Source: Camelus ferus (Eukaryota). From it: DNA of 64,000 nt. The stretch lies in contig NC_045696.1 in assembly GCF_009834535.1 (NCBI RefSeq), positions 42,224,001 through 42,288,000 of the forward strand, written 5' to 3'. Under the pieces are notes generated by a model. The model saw only the letters and a program-made list of their open reading frames with translations, was not told the DNA's origin and made no database searches. The position numbers were made by a program, and so were the translations under genes. Shown here piece by piece: positions 24,863-38,683 of this stretch (the stretch's first letter is position 1; each line of letters begins with the position of its first letter).

Positions 24863-25042
24863 CAGGACTGGCTTCATGGGCATGTGAACTGTGCAGTTGC
24901 ACAGGGCTCTGTGTCAGTAGGGCTCCATGCTTAGTTTAATGCTTCTCTGTCACCATCAAGAAATTCATAATAATTTTTGAACAAGGGGACTTGTCCCTCA
25001 TTTTCGTTCTGACCAAACCCCGCAAATTATTTAGTGGCCCTG
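24863..25042 (+). mobile_element. MER91A (hAT-Tip100) element
   Basis: caggactggcttcatgggc...tgtgcagttgcacagggc...aaattcataataatttttgaacaagggg...gcaaattatttagtggccctg matches the recalled consensus end to end. Confidence 0.8.
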
Positions 25043-25518
25043 ATGCAACCCGTAGTTAGATTGTCTGGTGAATCATGTTGGTTTGTAGAGCAGAGTCCAA
25101 TGGATTAGTGTTATTTATGAAACATCTGTGAATATCCTTCCTTCTATGATGGTAATTGATACTTCCATTTATAAATATCAGTTGGAAGTGACAACTCTAT
25201 TCTTGGTCTTAACAGAAAGGGACAATATTTATTTTAATCTTTCACAGCTTACTATAAAAAGCAGACCAGATACAGACATAAGGAGCAAAAGAAAGAGTGA
25301 AATATATTCCCTGTGTGCTTGTGAGTCAATATGGAGAACACCATTAAAATTCATTTCAAAGTTATACTAAGCATAGCCATTGCTTTTCCACATAAACATG
25401 CTAGGTCTCAATCCTAGATATAAATTTAAGCTGAAAAATCTTAATTCAAGTTAGTTGCAAAGAAGACACTCAGAAAGATTTGAAGATTCAAATTTGCCTC
25501 CTTGAGCCTAGAATTTTA

Positions 25519-26446
25519 TTTTATTTTATTTTTGTAGTTTTGTATTTTTTAAATTGAAGTACAGTCAGTTACAACATACCAGTTTCTGGTGTACAGCACA
25601 ATGTCCCAGTCATGCATATACATACATATATTCGTTTTCATATTCTTTTTCATTAAAAGTGATTATAAGATGTTGAACATAGTTCCCTGTGCTATACAGA
25701 AGAAACTTTTTTAAAAATCTGTTTTTATATATTGTGGTTAACATTTGTAAATCTCAAACTCCCAAATTTATCACTTCCCATCCCCTTCCCCCTGGTAACC
25801 ATAAGACTACTTATTATGTCTATGAGTCTGTTTCTGTTTTGTAGATGAATTCATAGTGTCTCTTCTTCTTCTTCTCCTCCCCCTCCCCCTCCTCTTCTTC
25901 TTCTTTAGATTCCACATATGAGTGATATATGATATTTTTCTTTCTCTTTCTGGCTTACTTCACTTAGAATGATGATCTCTAAGTCCACCCATGTTGCTAC
26001 AAATGGCATTATTTTATTTTTTATGGCTGAGTAATATTCCATTATATAACTATACCACAACTTCTTTATCCAGTCATCTGTCCATGGACATTTAGGTTGC
26101 TTCCATGTCTTGGCTGTTGTAAGTAGTGCTGCTATGAACACTGGGGTGCATTTTTTTCAAATTAGAGTTCCCTCCAGATACATACCCAGAAGTGAGATTG
26201 CTGGATCATATTGTAGATCTGTTTTTAGTTTTATGAGGAATCCCCATACTGTTTTCCATAATGGCTGCACCAAACTACATTCCCACCAGCAGTGTAGGAG
26301 GGTTCCCTTTTCTCCACAGCCTCTCCAGCATTTATCATTCATGGACTTTTGAATGATGGCCATTCAGACTGGTGTGAGGTGATACTTTATTATAGTTTTG
26401 CATTTCTCTGATGATTGGTGATACTGAGCATTTTTTCATGTGCTTA
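25519..26446 (-). mobile_element. Young L1, 5'-truncated (~930 bp)
   Basis: ORF2 C-terminal peptides ([37 protein letters not shown]); TSD ttgagcctagaatttta (25502-25518) / ttgagcctcaaatttta (26447-26463). Confidence 0.93.
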
Positions 26447-27445
26447 TTGAGCCTCAAATTTTAACTTATCATTTGATAAGTGGTTATAAAACAATCCAAT
26501 ACTAAAATAACATTCCCAAATAAGATACTCAAAAGTTTAACCTGAAGCTATTCTAAATGGTAAGTCCCTTTCCCTTTCTTTGAATCTACAAATTCAAGAA
26601 GAAAGTGAGTGATCTGCGCTCAGAAGGTAAAATTCAAGGGTAAACATGTATTGTCTTGTGTTGTTATGGAAAAAAAAAAAAAAACCCACAGCCCTTAGAA
26701 GCAAAAACAAAGTTAGGTTGACTTCAGTGTTAGGGATGTTATTACACAATCAATTCATCGTGTCATAATTGGAAATGTGAGAACCTGTTTAATAAAGAGA
26801 ATCCTCATCTCTCTTGGAGCCTTAGGGAAGGGAGGAGTTACATACAAAGTAAAATTTGTTTCTATCACCCAGGACCTCTATGGGTTGGTAACAAACATTG
26901 TGCTTCTGTAAATGGCAGGCAAGCCATAATTTATGATACATTAATTTATTTTGCATGCTTTTTTTTTTTTGCTCTATGAGATTAAAAATCAGAACACCTT
27001 AAACACAGGGCCAAAGTTCAATTCTCGAATCAGTGTTTCTAGCTCAGATGTGATATTACTTTTAAAAACTCCTCAAATATTTTTGGAGGTCCCAGAAGAG
27101 CTCCCTTTATTGGCTTCCTTCAGACAATGAGCTGAAGATATAGGTCACTTGTCTTTATCTACAAAAGCAACATGGAAAGTGTGGTTGAGGTATTGTCTCT
27201 AGAAATGGATTCTTTTTATACATCTAAATTATTTTCAATTTAATCCATTTTTCAATTTGGATAATTTAGCTTCTTAAATTTTTATTTCAATTGTTAATTT
27301 TTTTGGTTGTCTTTTATTATATCAACTGAAGTGTTGTCTTTCAATTTCCTATAATTTTTAGACACATCTAAATAAGCAGTAGGGTGAATTTTTTGACTCA
27401 ACCTAATTTCTCCAGGCTCTGTTTATAGTAATAATTAAGAATCTA

Positions 27446-28140
<695 letters not shown>

Positions 28141-28459
28141 AAGAATCTATTTATTATTTGGATCTTGATCAGTCCAATAGGAGCAGCTAATTTAATTTTA
28201 GGTGTTCTGAGTCTTTTTGTTGTTGAGAATCTGTCCTTGAATGAGATTATATTTACTAGGTCATTTTAATGAAGCTATTCATGGGGAACTCAACCAAAGG
28301 ATCACTGATTCTCACCCATGTGAGCCAAAGTTGGAATAGCAGGTAGAGGAAGATGGAGTGGTGGGAAGCTTTGTAATGTATTATGAATTTAACAAGTTAT
28401 TCAAAAATCTGATGCATAATACTAATGCCAGTTATTGGGTTTCTTAGGCACATTAAGCC

Positions 28460-28462
<3 letters not shown>

Positions 28463-28514
<52 letters not shown>
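28463..28514. repeat. (TG)26 microsatellite
   Basis: Read directly. Confidence 0.97.
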
Positions 28515-28518
<4 letters not shown>

Positions 28519-28519
28519 C

Positions 28520-28990
28520 TTCTAACCCTCCCAGTAACCTCATATAGTATTATTATCAGAGAGGTAAGAATTTGCTTGAACTCATAGTATATAGCAGTGT
28601 TGAAGCTATGCTGACTCCAGATCTGGCCCTTCAAACCCAGGTTCTTAACCACTGTCTCTTACTTAAAATTTCTAAATGTGACCACCACTCACCTGCTACC
28701 AGAATATCATTTCTGCTGTCAGATATGGTGAGTTTAGAGGCAGTTATCCAATTTGGGCATCATTATCATCATGATCATGATTAATAATAACAGCAGCTTT
28801 TATTGAGCATTTATTTACTCTTTGCACAGTCCAACTCTAAGTGATTTGTAAACATTACATTTAATGGGTATTATTAATATTCCCATTTTATAGTAGGGGA
28901 AGCTGAGATTCTGAGTTAAGTAACTTTGCCCAAGATAATTGAACTAATGATTTAGAGCTGGATATCCTGGATTCATATCCAACTCTGTAT
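28520..28990 (-). mobile_element. Two MIR fragments
   Basis: cagagaggtaagaatttgcttgaactcatag and cccattttatagtaggggaagctgagattctgagttaagtaactttgcccaag cores. Confidence 0.65.
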
Positions 28991-29289
28991 CCTCCTTACC
29001 CTCATTATCTCCCAAAGGCTTGGTCTCCAAAAACCAACATCTGGGAGATAGGGCTTCAACTTAGAATTTTGAGGGGACACAAACATTCAGTACACACCGT
29101 CAACTAAGGGTTAACATAGCATACTTGTAGATGTGAGCCCACAACACACACACACACATACACACATATACCTTGTACAGCAAAAGAAAGATAAATCATA
29201 GATCATGTACAGAATATTAATTACTTCTGTTATTTCCCATTTAAACTACATTTTTTTGATCAAGTACATTTAATAGTAAACATGAATGT

Positions 29290-29630
29290 TAGTAATTAAC
29301 TAAATAGTGGTTTATTTTCTCATGTAACAAGAAACTCAGAGATTGATGTTTGTTGGTGTTGGTTCAACAGTTTAAGGCTGTTGGGGCTGAAGTGTTTATG
29401 ATTCTCTTGCCTTTTTTTCATGGTTACAAGATGATGGCTGTAGTTGCCTTCCCAGCCCTTGTATCTACATTTCAGACATGAGAAAGGAGAAATGGGAAAG
29501 AGCAGAAAGATGTATGCCAGCTGAGTCTTCTAAGGATTTTTCTAGCAGCCCCACCCAATGACTTCAGCTTACAATTTATTGACCAGAACTATGTTCTGCT
29601 GCCGTTATCTGTAAGGAAAGCTGGGAAGTA
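29290..29630 (-). mobile_element. Old MLT1J/K-like MaLR LTR
   Basis: gtttattttctcatgtaacaagaa...catggttacaagatgatggctg...ttgaccagaact...gtaaggaaagctgggaa. Confidence 0.7.
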
Positions 29631-30035
29631 CAGGTTTCCCCCACTTTCTGAAAGTAGAGCATTTCTACGAAGTTTTTATAAGCCAAAATGTTGTAAAGCA
29701 AATAAACTACCTTAGGACACCTTTTGCTAATGGATGCACAGAATAAATGGAGACAAAGCACAGATGCTCACAGAGTATGGCAGCTTGATGCTGAGATGCT
29801 GAGTGTAGTTTCCGGGGAGGGAGCTTGGTTGGCCACCCTTGCTGCTTGGGTGTGCTCTGCCTCTGTGACAGCTGCTGCAAAACAATCGCTGAATGCCATT
29901 TTCACTTTTTGCCTCTTTTAATAAAAGCAGAATCCCCTTGGAATTTCTTTTGGTCACGGAAGACAGGTGCTAATATAGGTCTTTCGTAAACGCGAAGTGG
30001 CATAAAGTGAACTTCCGAAAAGTGGGGGATACCTG
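29631..30035. mobile_element. Full-length TcMar/Tigger-like non-autonomous DNA transposon (405 bp)
   Basis: 25-bp terminal inverted repeats (caggtttcccccactttctgaaagt vs reverse-complemented caggtatcccccacttttcggaagt, 21/25 identical), flanked by TA on both sides. Confidence 0.85.
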
Positions 30036-32399
30036 TATAAGTTTTATCTAAGAGTATTAGTATACCCTCTAATATGTGGATTGGGTTGATAAGCAAGAAG
30101 AAACAAAGGAATGTTGGATTGGAAGCCAGCATTACGTACCAGCATTGGAAGCCAGCACAGCTACATCCCAAGAGCTGAAGAAGTATTGTGAATTCACAGG
30201 CCCTCCCTCAATGGGTAGATAGTCCTCTCATGTAGCAAAACAGAAGCTTAGGAAATTCTTGCCACAAAGGGATGTTTAAACGGAAATCTTATTTAAAGGA
30301 TCAGAGTAAGTAGCATACCTTATACACTAGAGTCTTCTGGAGTCTTTACTCAGAGGACAGCCACTAGTTTAATTCAGTTGCAACCTAGGAAATTTTTTGG
30401 TAGCTGGCAGATGTGCTACTTCAAGGCTGCCTCTTGGCTCTCATGATGACTCCTGTTTCTGGTTCCCTGTGGTTGGAGCATGGTGTTTTCTTTCATTCAG
30501 AGACATCTTATTCCTGTCTGAGTCACTACACCATTACTCATCTTGTGTTGACACCTTGTTGGGGTTTCCGTAAGATTATCCAGATGCAGGGACATGAAAA
30601 TCACTGAGCTGCTGCAGATCAAGAGTGGGGTGTTATGGAATGTGCACTATTTGTATTTCTTTTAATATTTCTTATTTTGTATTTCACACCGAACAACTCA
30701 AGGTTTTAAAATTTGTAAATCAACGTGTAAGTGCTCTACTTTCTGCTGTGAGAAAGATGGAAAGTAAATTTACCTGCCTCTTTAAAAAACTAGAGTTCTA
30801 GATCATTGTGGTCACAATGCATAATGCGAGTCCTGTGCAGGGTAGAAGAGAAGCCAGGGACGCTCAGATGGGCATTATAGTTAATCAGGTGAAGGGTTAT
30901 GAGAGGAAATAGAAGACTCATGAAAGAAACACCTCTGGGATAGAAGGCACAGGATGTGGTGCTGCCTGGATGCACAAGAGGAGGAAGAAGAGAAGGCAGA
31001 GGGAGGAGTCAGAGTTGATTCAGGCATCAGGCTCCGAGTCTGAGAATGGAGCTGCCACTGCGATGAAGGAGCTCAGAGTAGGATCTGCTTGGTGGTGATA
31101 GCAGGGATGATGTGCTTTGTGTTGCCCCTTATTCTTTGTGGAGAGCGAGAGGATGAAAGTCTGGCTAACTAGACTGAGAGAGAGAGGGTCTGGTATGGTT
31201 ATCAAAGTGTTTTTGTGTAAATCTCTTCCCAGTCACTTTGTGACAGCATTTGAATTGAATTTGAATTCAAATCCATTGGCAGCCTGCATGAAACTCATTC
31301 TACATTTAAACGCAGTGAGTTTGTATTTCCTCACTAGCCCCTCTCCCCCCAACTCTTCCATACCCCTGAGCCTAAATGATCATATACTCCTGGCAAATTA
31401 AGCTTAATGTTTTAAATACTTTTTTTTCTTTAAAACTGTAAAATATTATTGCCTAGTTCAGGTTTCAGGGGAATGTCTTTTTATGTTTGTCAAATTGCTA
31501 CCAAGCTTTACCAATCCCAAGGTTTTCAACTGGCTTTGACCACTATGACAAATTGCTTGCATGGCAACCTACACCTGTTCTAATAACAATTCTTGAATAT
31601 ATCTGCTTTGTAGAATGATTTCTATTAACAATTGATGAACCATTCCTAGATGATATAGAGTATTTAAGATATATGAAGATGTTTGACTCTTCCTGGTAAG
31701 CACCCGTACTAATTGCTTCTTTAAGCTTACCTTTTACTCCCCAGGTTTCCATATGTAAGTTGGTCCAAGAAGCTGGTTTCATAGAGTTCTGCTGAGGCAG
31801 AGAAATGGAATTGGAGTTCATTTCTTTACTTCTGTCTCATTTTGATAGGGCCTTGTATGTGGGCCAAGTTGTGGGACAGAAGCTATAAGCTTATTTAGCT
31901 CCATCACCGCTGTGTACTTGGAATGTAAAAAGGGCAACATTAATATCAATTTTCCCTGTCCCATAATCCCTGCCAGATCAGGGCACATAAAAACAGAGTT
32001 CTTTCTTTTGGAGAACCTTTGACCTCTCTATGTGACAGCTCAGCTAGCAAGTGTACATGCTTTTCTTTTCTTTTCTTTTTTTTAGCTCTGTCTTGGTTTC
32101 ATTTTATGTTCTTATCTTTTGTTCTATTTAACCCTACTTTAAATAACATTTTAGAGATCATAGATCTTACTATAAGCTTCTTTTGGAGCAGGAAGTACCT
32201 GTACATGCATCAGTGAACCCTGGTAGGGATCCCAGAAGCTCCCTCAAGTCTGATTGTGGAAGTGGAGTTGATGCGAGTGATAGAAATCTTTCCTGGTTTT
32301 GGTGAAGAAATTATTTCTTTCACATCGACCAGCCAGTGGGTACACATATTAGTCAAAGAAACAAGCCAGAAACCTAACATGTGTTGAATCTTTTTTACA

Positions 32400-32600
32400 T
32401 GCCAGAAACTCTTCCAAGCTTTTTCCTTAATCCTCACAACAATTCTGAGTTAGGTCTTGCTGTTATCCCTACTTTACAGATGTGAAAACTGAGACCCAGA
32501 GATGTTAGTGAATTGTTTGCATGGGTCACACAGCTGCTTAGGGTGGAACTTGAGTTTGAACCCAGGCCATTTGATTCCTGAGCCCTCATGCTTAACAAGT
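32400..32600 (-). mobile_element. MIR SINE
   Basis: taatcctcacaacaattctgag...tttacagatgtgaaaactgagacccagaga...gtcacacagct...tttgaacccagg. Confidence 0.85.
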
Positions 32601-34414
32601 ACATGATATTGTCTCATTATGATGGAATTACGACAATTTCACTGGCCCTGCCCCTCTGTTCTCACGCCACCTTAATTCCTTATAATGTGCCTTTGAATAT
32701 TTTTTGCCTACAGGGATTGTGTCACATATGCTCACAGACTAGTTAACAATTACAAAGGCACCACTGCTGGATCCTTCCGTGTCTTCTAGGCACTAAGGGA
32801 TCCCAGAATCTCTGAGAAGCCACTGCTGTGGGGTGGGGCCAGCTCTGGCCAAGGTGAAAACACCCTTTCCCTGCTGTGCCATACTCTGGGATCGAGGCCT
32901 CAAAGCTGTGCTGAGGTCTTGCTGCATTTTAAACCTCTTTTTCAGGTTTTTAATCTCCCTCCTCTGTCCAGGACTCAAATATGAGTCCCGCTGGAGAATG
33001 ACCAGAGTTACAGCCACCATGTTGGGCTCACACCCCCTTATCCATCCCTTCATAAAATTGTCTTTGTGATTGGTGGGGCTCATTATGCGTCACTTTCTGT
33101 TCAACATGGGTTCTCTCCTTAAAGGCTTCTCAGGCACACACAAAAATGGGCCTCTATCAGCACATTCTTCAGTTTTCTAAACGTAGCTAGGCTGGTCTGA
33201 ATCCCAGAATCCTCAGTGCCATCCCATGAGCCACCACCAATTCCACAAATCAGACGCTTCCCTCTAGCACTCCCATAGCCACTGCGGGCTCCGTCCAGCT
33301 CAGAAGGGCAGGGAAAGGGGGGCAGAAATCAGGCTGCTTTTCTGACTTGCACCTGCTTAAGCCAGGAGCTCAGGGCTACACTCTAGGTGTCATCATATTC
33401 TGGGTTTCCTCTGACAGGCTGCAACCGAGTCTGATTTGCCCATTTGCCCTGACTTGGTAGTAAAAACTTAAATACAAATGGTTCCTTGGGGCTGGAGGCT
33501 TCATCTTAGCAAAAGGAGAGCTTCCTTCCTTCCCAGATATTTCACTTCTGTGGGCAGGGCTTGAGATTTCTTGACCAAGTTCTCATCCGTACTTCCTACT
33601 GAGGCATGAGTGACGGTTTTGCTACAGTCTAGGCAATTTTCACATATTCTTATAAAATCTACGGTGGCCACTCTCTTTTCACCTCAGTGTCAGCACTGCA
33701 GCCTCAGCAGAGGTGAGACTCTGGTGACTCTTCCTGCCTTCCTGGAAGCCTGAGCTCCCTCACAAGCCTTTCACTGTGGAACCCCCCCCCCCCCCCGCCC
33801 CTTGCAGTCCTTTCATCTAAGTGCGTCTCATCCGCTTGCCATTCTGCTGCTTCTTTGCTGCTTTTCTCTTAGACTGTTTTATCCTTAACAGAACTAGAAG
33901 CATTTCCCATGCCTTCTGACGTGGATTTAGAAAGGCAGCTTATTCTCCTCTACGTCCCCTAACAACCTTCCGTATTCGAGGGCCGTGCCTGGATGCTTTC
34001 ACACACCAAAGCTTGGCACACTTTCATTCACCCTCCTCGTCTCTTCGCTCACTTTCATTCACACCCCCCCCCACCCCACCCCGGATGATCTGAGCAGTGC
34101 GGGCTGCTGTCTAGCTACAGCATTCCCCAGTTATTGGTCAACCACTAGGGGGATTCTTTAGTAGGGGGGCGGGGGAGGCAACTAGGATGGTTTGACACCT
34201 TTTAGATTAACCCAGCCATGCTTGCCAAGACTCTTATACCACTCTGAGAAGGCATACAGTATTTTTACAAATTGAAAGCCCATAGAGGAGGGCTTACAAT
34301 CACACTTCCAGGGCTTGCTTCTCAGTCACTCTGGGGAGGAGTTTACAATGTTTCGCAATTGTTACTGACCCTCCCAAGTTGATCCTCAACAAGGGTCCTT
34401 CTGTCTGGTGTCTT

Positions 34415-34790
34415 TTGAGCCAATAGAAGGAGACTGAGTTCTGTTCAGAAGCAAAGGAAAGCTTTATTCTTTGAACAGAGAATGGGGAGGTGTGAGCCGG
34501 AGCTCCAGAACGCACGCGCTCCCTGGCAGGCCTGCTTCACAGGGACCTCGTCAGCGGGAGGGGGCGGAGCTCTCGCGAGGCTGCGCAGCTGTGCTGCTCA
34601 GGCGCCAGATCGCAGTGCCAGGTGCAGCGTCTCTGCACACGGCTCCCCGCCGCCATCTTATTTTGCGGGTCCGGCACAGCGCTTCTGGGAATGGCCCCGA
34701 GCTGAGGTGTCAGTGCAGCCGTTTCACAGGAGGAACTCTAGTCTGAAGGGCCGGTGCAAGGCCTCTGCATGCAACGCCCTGAGAGCAAGT
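34415..34790. promoter_or_regulatory. Small CpG-island promoter-like element
   Basis: More than 20 CpGs in ~290 bp by hand count, in a CpG-poor window. CCAAT 34420-34424, NRF1-like CGCACGCGC 34511-34519, GC box GGGGCGGAG 34561-34569, TCTCGCGAG(G) 34571-34580, YY1 GCCGCCATCTT 34649-34659. Confidence 0.75.
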
Positions 34791-35214
34791 GAAACTAGAT
34801 TAAGCACAAAGGAAAAGAGAAAAAAGGTTAGACTTTATTTTATTACCCAGATTCTATGTTTATTTCCTGGAAATTGTTAATGGGCTTTGCTGGTGACAAT
34901 CTTGGGCAAATCATTAAAATCTGTAAAGATATTCCTGTGGGTATGTCTGGATACACCCATTCCTGTGTGTTCCCATGGCCCCTGCAGGGTGGTTTCCATA
35001 ACTCCCTCTCACTTCCCTGGTGATAGCCCAGCCCCACACTACCTCTTGGCATTGCTTAGCAAGTAATTTGGTGGTTTGTTGAGGAGGGACTGACAAGCCC
35101 TAGTAGGAGCTTTTATTAGTTGCTATTAATAATAATTGTTACTATTATTAATAATATTAGCTGCTTTTATTAATATTATTATATTACTATTATTACTAAT
35201 AATAGCAACTAATA

Positions 35215-35375
35215 TTAGCTACATTTCAAAAGCATCCGCCATGTGCCAGACACTCTGCCCCTTTCTGTACATTAGCTCATTTTATCTTCAAATGATGAAG
35301 TAGGTATTTTCCACATTTTGCATATGACTAAGCTCAGATGAAATAACCTGTTCAAGGTCACCCAATTTCCCAGTG
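35215..35375 (-). mobile_element. MIR SINE
   Basis: ccatgtgccagacactctg...attagctcattt...aataacctgttcaaggtcaccca. Confidence 0.7.
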
Positions 35376-38349
35376 CCTCAGCAGGTGCAGCTTTAAAGCT
35401 TGTGCAGTTTCCACTTATGTTCACTTCTACTTGTACGAACTTGGGTGATGGAGATGTGCAGACAAACCACCCAGCAAGCCCAGAAATTAATAATGCTGTT
35501 ATACTGGTGTGCTCCCAATGATAACTTGAACTTTGGGATGTGACTGGGAAATGGCTTTTTGTCTCAAAAACCCAGCTTGAGCCCTTCACCGATTAGATAG
35601 GCTTTCTGAAAACGACACTGGAGGCTGGTGCGATGATATCTGCGGGACTGGAAAGGACTTTTTGAAGGGAACTTGGGGGCCTCTTGTCAGAAGCTGCTGG
35701 TTGTTCCTTCTTTTTCTCCTCCTTTCTGATTTTCCCTACTAGAATGTAAGCTTCTTTAAGGAAAAGGCCTTTGTTCATAGAAATACAGCTGGAAAAGAAT
35801 GCCAGGCACAGAGAAAATGCTAACTAAATATTTATTGAGTAAATGAAAAATTAGGTGAAAAATCTCTTTGCCAACTCTCTGAGAACCAGCTACTCCTGAC
35901 GTCGTGCCTGCCAATTTTCTAGAAGCCGAGGTAGTCTATTGTGTATCTGTTGTTTCGTGGTTGGCCTCATTTTAACCATTGCTGTGTAACAGGCAAACCC
36001 TGCCTTCTCCCAGACAGCTGTTGAGACCCCCAAACAGACAAAGAGACAAAGACAACTGCAGGGCTTAAATGGAGGGTGATGGGTTTGGCCTCCTTTGCCT
36101 GTCTGAATTTCCACAACTCAAACTCTCCTGATTCCTCCACGAAGGAGCACCATTCTTTATAAGAAGTACTGTGTCCTTGCAGTTAATCCCCAGTTTTCTG
36201 GGGACTCTGATTCTTTGGTTCTTAATCTTTAAGAACTAGACAAACTACTTGTAGCCTTACTTTTGTAACTTGAAAGATTCCCATACTAAAAATGAAAAAC
36301 AAAACCTAAAAACAAAATCAAACCCACCAGCAGTAAAATATAGATGCAGTCATAATTCTGCACCATTTCTAGAAGGAGAAGTCCTATGGTAGGTGTTTTC
36401 TTACCATCTGGTGCTATTAATTAGGTGGGCGTCCTGACTTCTGCAGATTTCCTGGAGATGAACTGTTTGTTTGACATTGAGAGAAAACAGATTCATGTCC
36501 CCTAAAACTTAAAATAAAAACATAAACCTCAAATACAGGAAGGAGATGCCACATGCGTTCTCTAGATTTTGTGTATTTACCTTCCTATTGAACTTTGTAA
36601 GTATGGTGACTAGATTTTTGATGTGCCAGATTCTCTTGCACTATTAAACTGGCTCTAGGAGCATTTTGTAAATGGACCTAAGCAACAGCTATAATTACAT
36701 CTATTGGTTTGAACGAGCAGAGCTTTCTGGAAAGAGGGCTTCTGATGTGTTAGTCCCAGAGCCTTGGGCCACGATGCCCTCTCCTGCCAAGCCAGCCTCC
36801 CAGGCCTGGGGTTGTAGACCAGGCTCCAGCCCTGGAACTACTGGGTCTGCAAGTCAAATAGTGAGTTTCCTTGGTTTCTCCCCATCAGCTGTGGTGCTGA
36901 AGATCGCTATCTGAAGGGCATTGTGAGGAAGAGTTTTCAGGAAGAATGAATGAACTGTAGTGGAGTCAGCTAGGGATGGACTCACAGAACACAGTACTTG
37001 ACACATCATGGAAGCCTAGTAACTGCTTGTTGAATAAATAAACAAAAGAATGAATAAATGAGTTTGAAAATGGACTGTTTGAGCCATTGGCAACCTAAGA
37101 CTCTATGTGGATACTAGTTTCTTGTTCTCAATTTTGCTATCATTTGGAAAGCGTTTATCAGAGTAGCTTAGTGGGGAGGGGACAGCAATGACTGCCCACT
37201 GAAGGAGTCTTGCGGCAATATGTACCCGTGTCAGGGGTAGTGCAATGACAGACACCTCAAGGATGGAGATGTTTCTAGCTAGTGAGTGAGTTTGCCTTCA
37301 TGCTGGAGTGAAGTGGGCTGACATGCAGAATACATGTCTCTGTATGACTAGTTTCAGTTTATTGGTTTTGTGAATGTAGGAATAGAAATGCCTTAGTTTC
37401 TAGGACATTCCATAGTTTTCAAGATGTATTATTTTTACAGTGTTTAACATTTCTCCTGTTCACATGCTCACTCCACCCTGACTCACTCTCTCTGGTTTTG
37501 TTGTTCATATTGATACACAAAATGTGTCAAGTTCTTCAACAATGGAAGTTAGCTGTTTTTCTTCTTTCTCTCTGCACATACTCTGTGACCATAAATGTAC
37601 TTCAAAAAGGGAAACATAAAAAGGAAATTAATCAGAGTATCTGTTTGTTTCCATTTCACCTATGAAGAATGGACTTTTCATGAATAAAACAAGCTTTAGC
37701 TTAAAGCATCTTCCCTTGAGAGATATCATTTAAGGTCAACCATGCAATTCCGCACTGGAGAGAAGTTCCTGGGTGCTGCTACCTATTTAGGGCATTTATG
37801 AAATCGCATTCCCAGGATTGGCATGGTATTGCTGGATGGCAGTTATTTCCACAGCTAGGAAAGAAATCCATGCTTGTCTTGGTGTAGGAAGTTAACCATG
37901 TTCATCCTCCATCAGAGAGCAGTGTTTCTCAGCTGTAAGGGAGCTGTGCCTGTCATCCCTCTGAACTGTAAGCTCTTTGAAGGTACAACCAGGCCATTAT
38001 TCATCCATGTATCCCCCCTTGCAGAGATGTAGTTCTTGGCACATAGTGAATCAGTGTTTCTCTAACTCTTCCACTAAAATGGTATGAATTCGTATTTCTT
38101 GGGCACTGGTGAGGCCTGGAGGCCAATTTAGAAGAACCTCATGGCACACATGACATTTCTTTGTTATTTTATTTTAAAAATTTATTTGTATTTTGTTTTC
38201 TAAATGATGATATGTTCCTTTAAAAAAATCAAATAAAATCAATGCACTTGAAAGATGCATTATGTTTACAGTGAGGCTTTGGGAATCTCTGGCTACCATC
38301 ATATATTCCCAGATGTACAAATACTTCAGGTTTAAAAGTAGAAAGTATT

Positions 38350-38683
38350 TGTCTTAGTCAGTTCAGGCAACTATAACAAGAATAGCATAGATTGGGTGAT
38401 TTAAATAACAAACCTTTATTTCTTGCAGTTCTGGAGGCTGAGAAGTCCAAGATCAGGCTGCCAGCATGGTTGGGTTCTAGTGAGAGCCCTCTTCCTGGTT
38501 TCCTCATTTGTTAGTGCTCTGTTCTCTCCATCCCCTTAAAAGGACGCTAATCTTCTTCATGAGGGCTCCAGCCTCATGACCTAGTTGTCTTCCAAGGATC
38601 CCACCTCTGAACACCATTGCATTCAGTATTTAGGCTTCAACATGTGAATTTTGGGGCAGGTGAAAATAGTTAAGTCCACAGCA
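38350..38683 (-). mobile_element. MLT1A-type solo LTR, complete
   Basis: TG...CA termini and a perfect 5-bp TSD GTATT (38345-38349, 38684-38688); diagnostic gttctggaggctgagaagtccaagatc. Confidence 0.9.

Noticed and set aside
34471..34880. Overlapping 91- and 132-aa ORFs at the CpG island, and the minus-strand ATG within the YY1 motif (MAAGSRVQ...)
   Set aside because: GC-rich DNA is poor in stop codons; no recognisable protein, and the minus-strand frame stops after about 39 codons.
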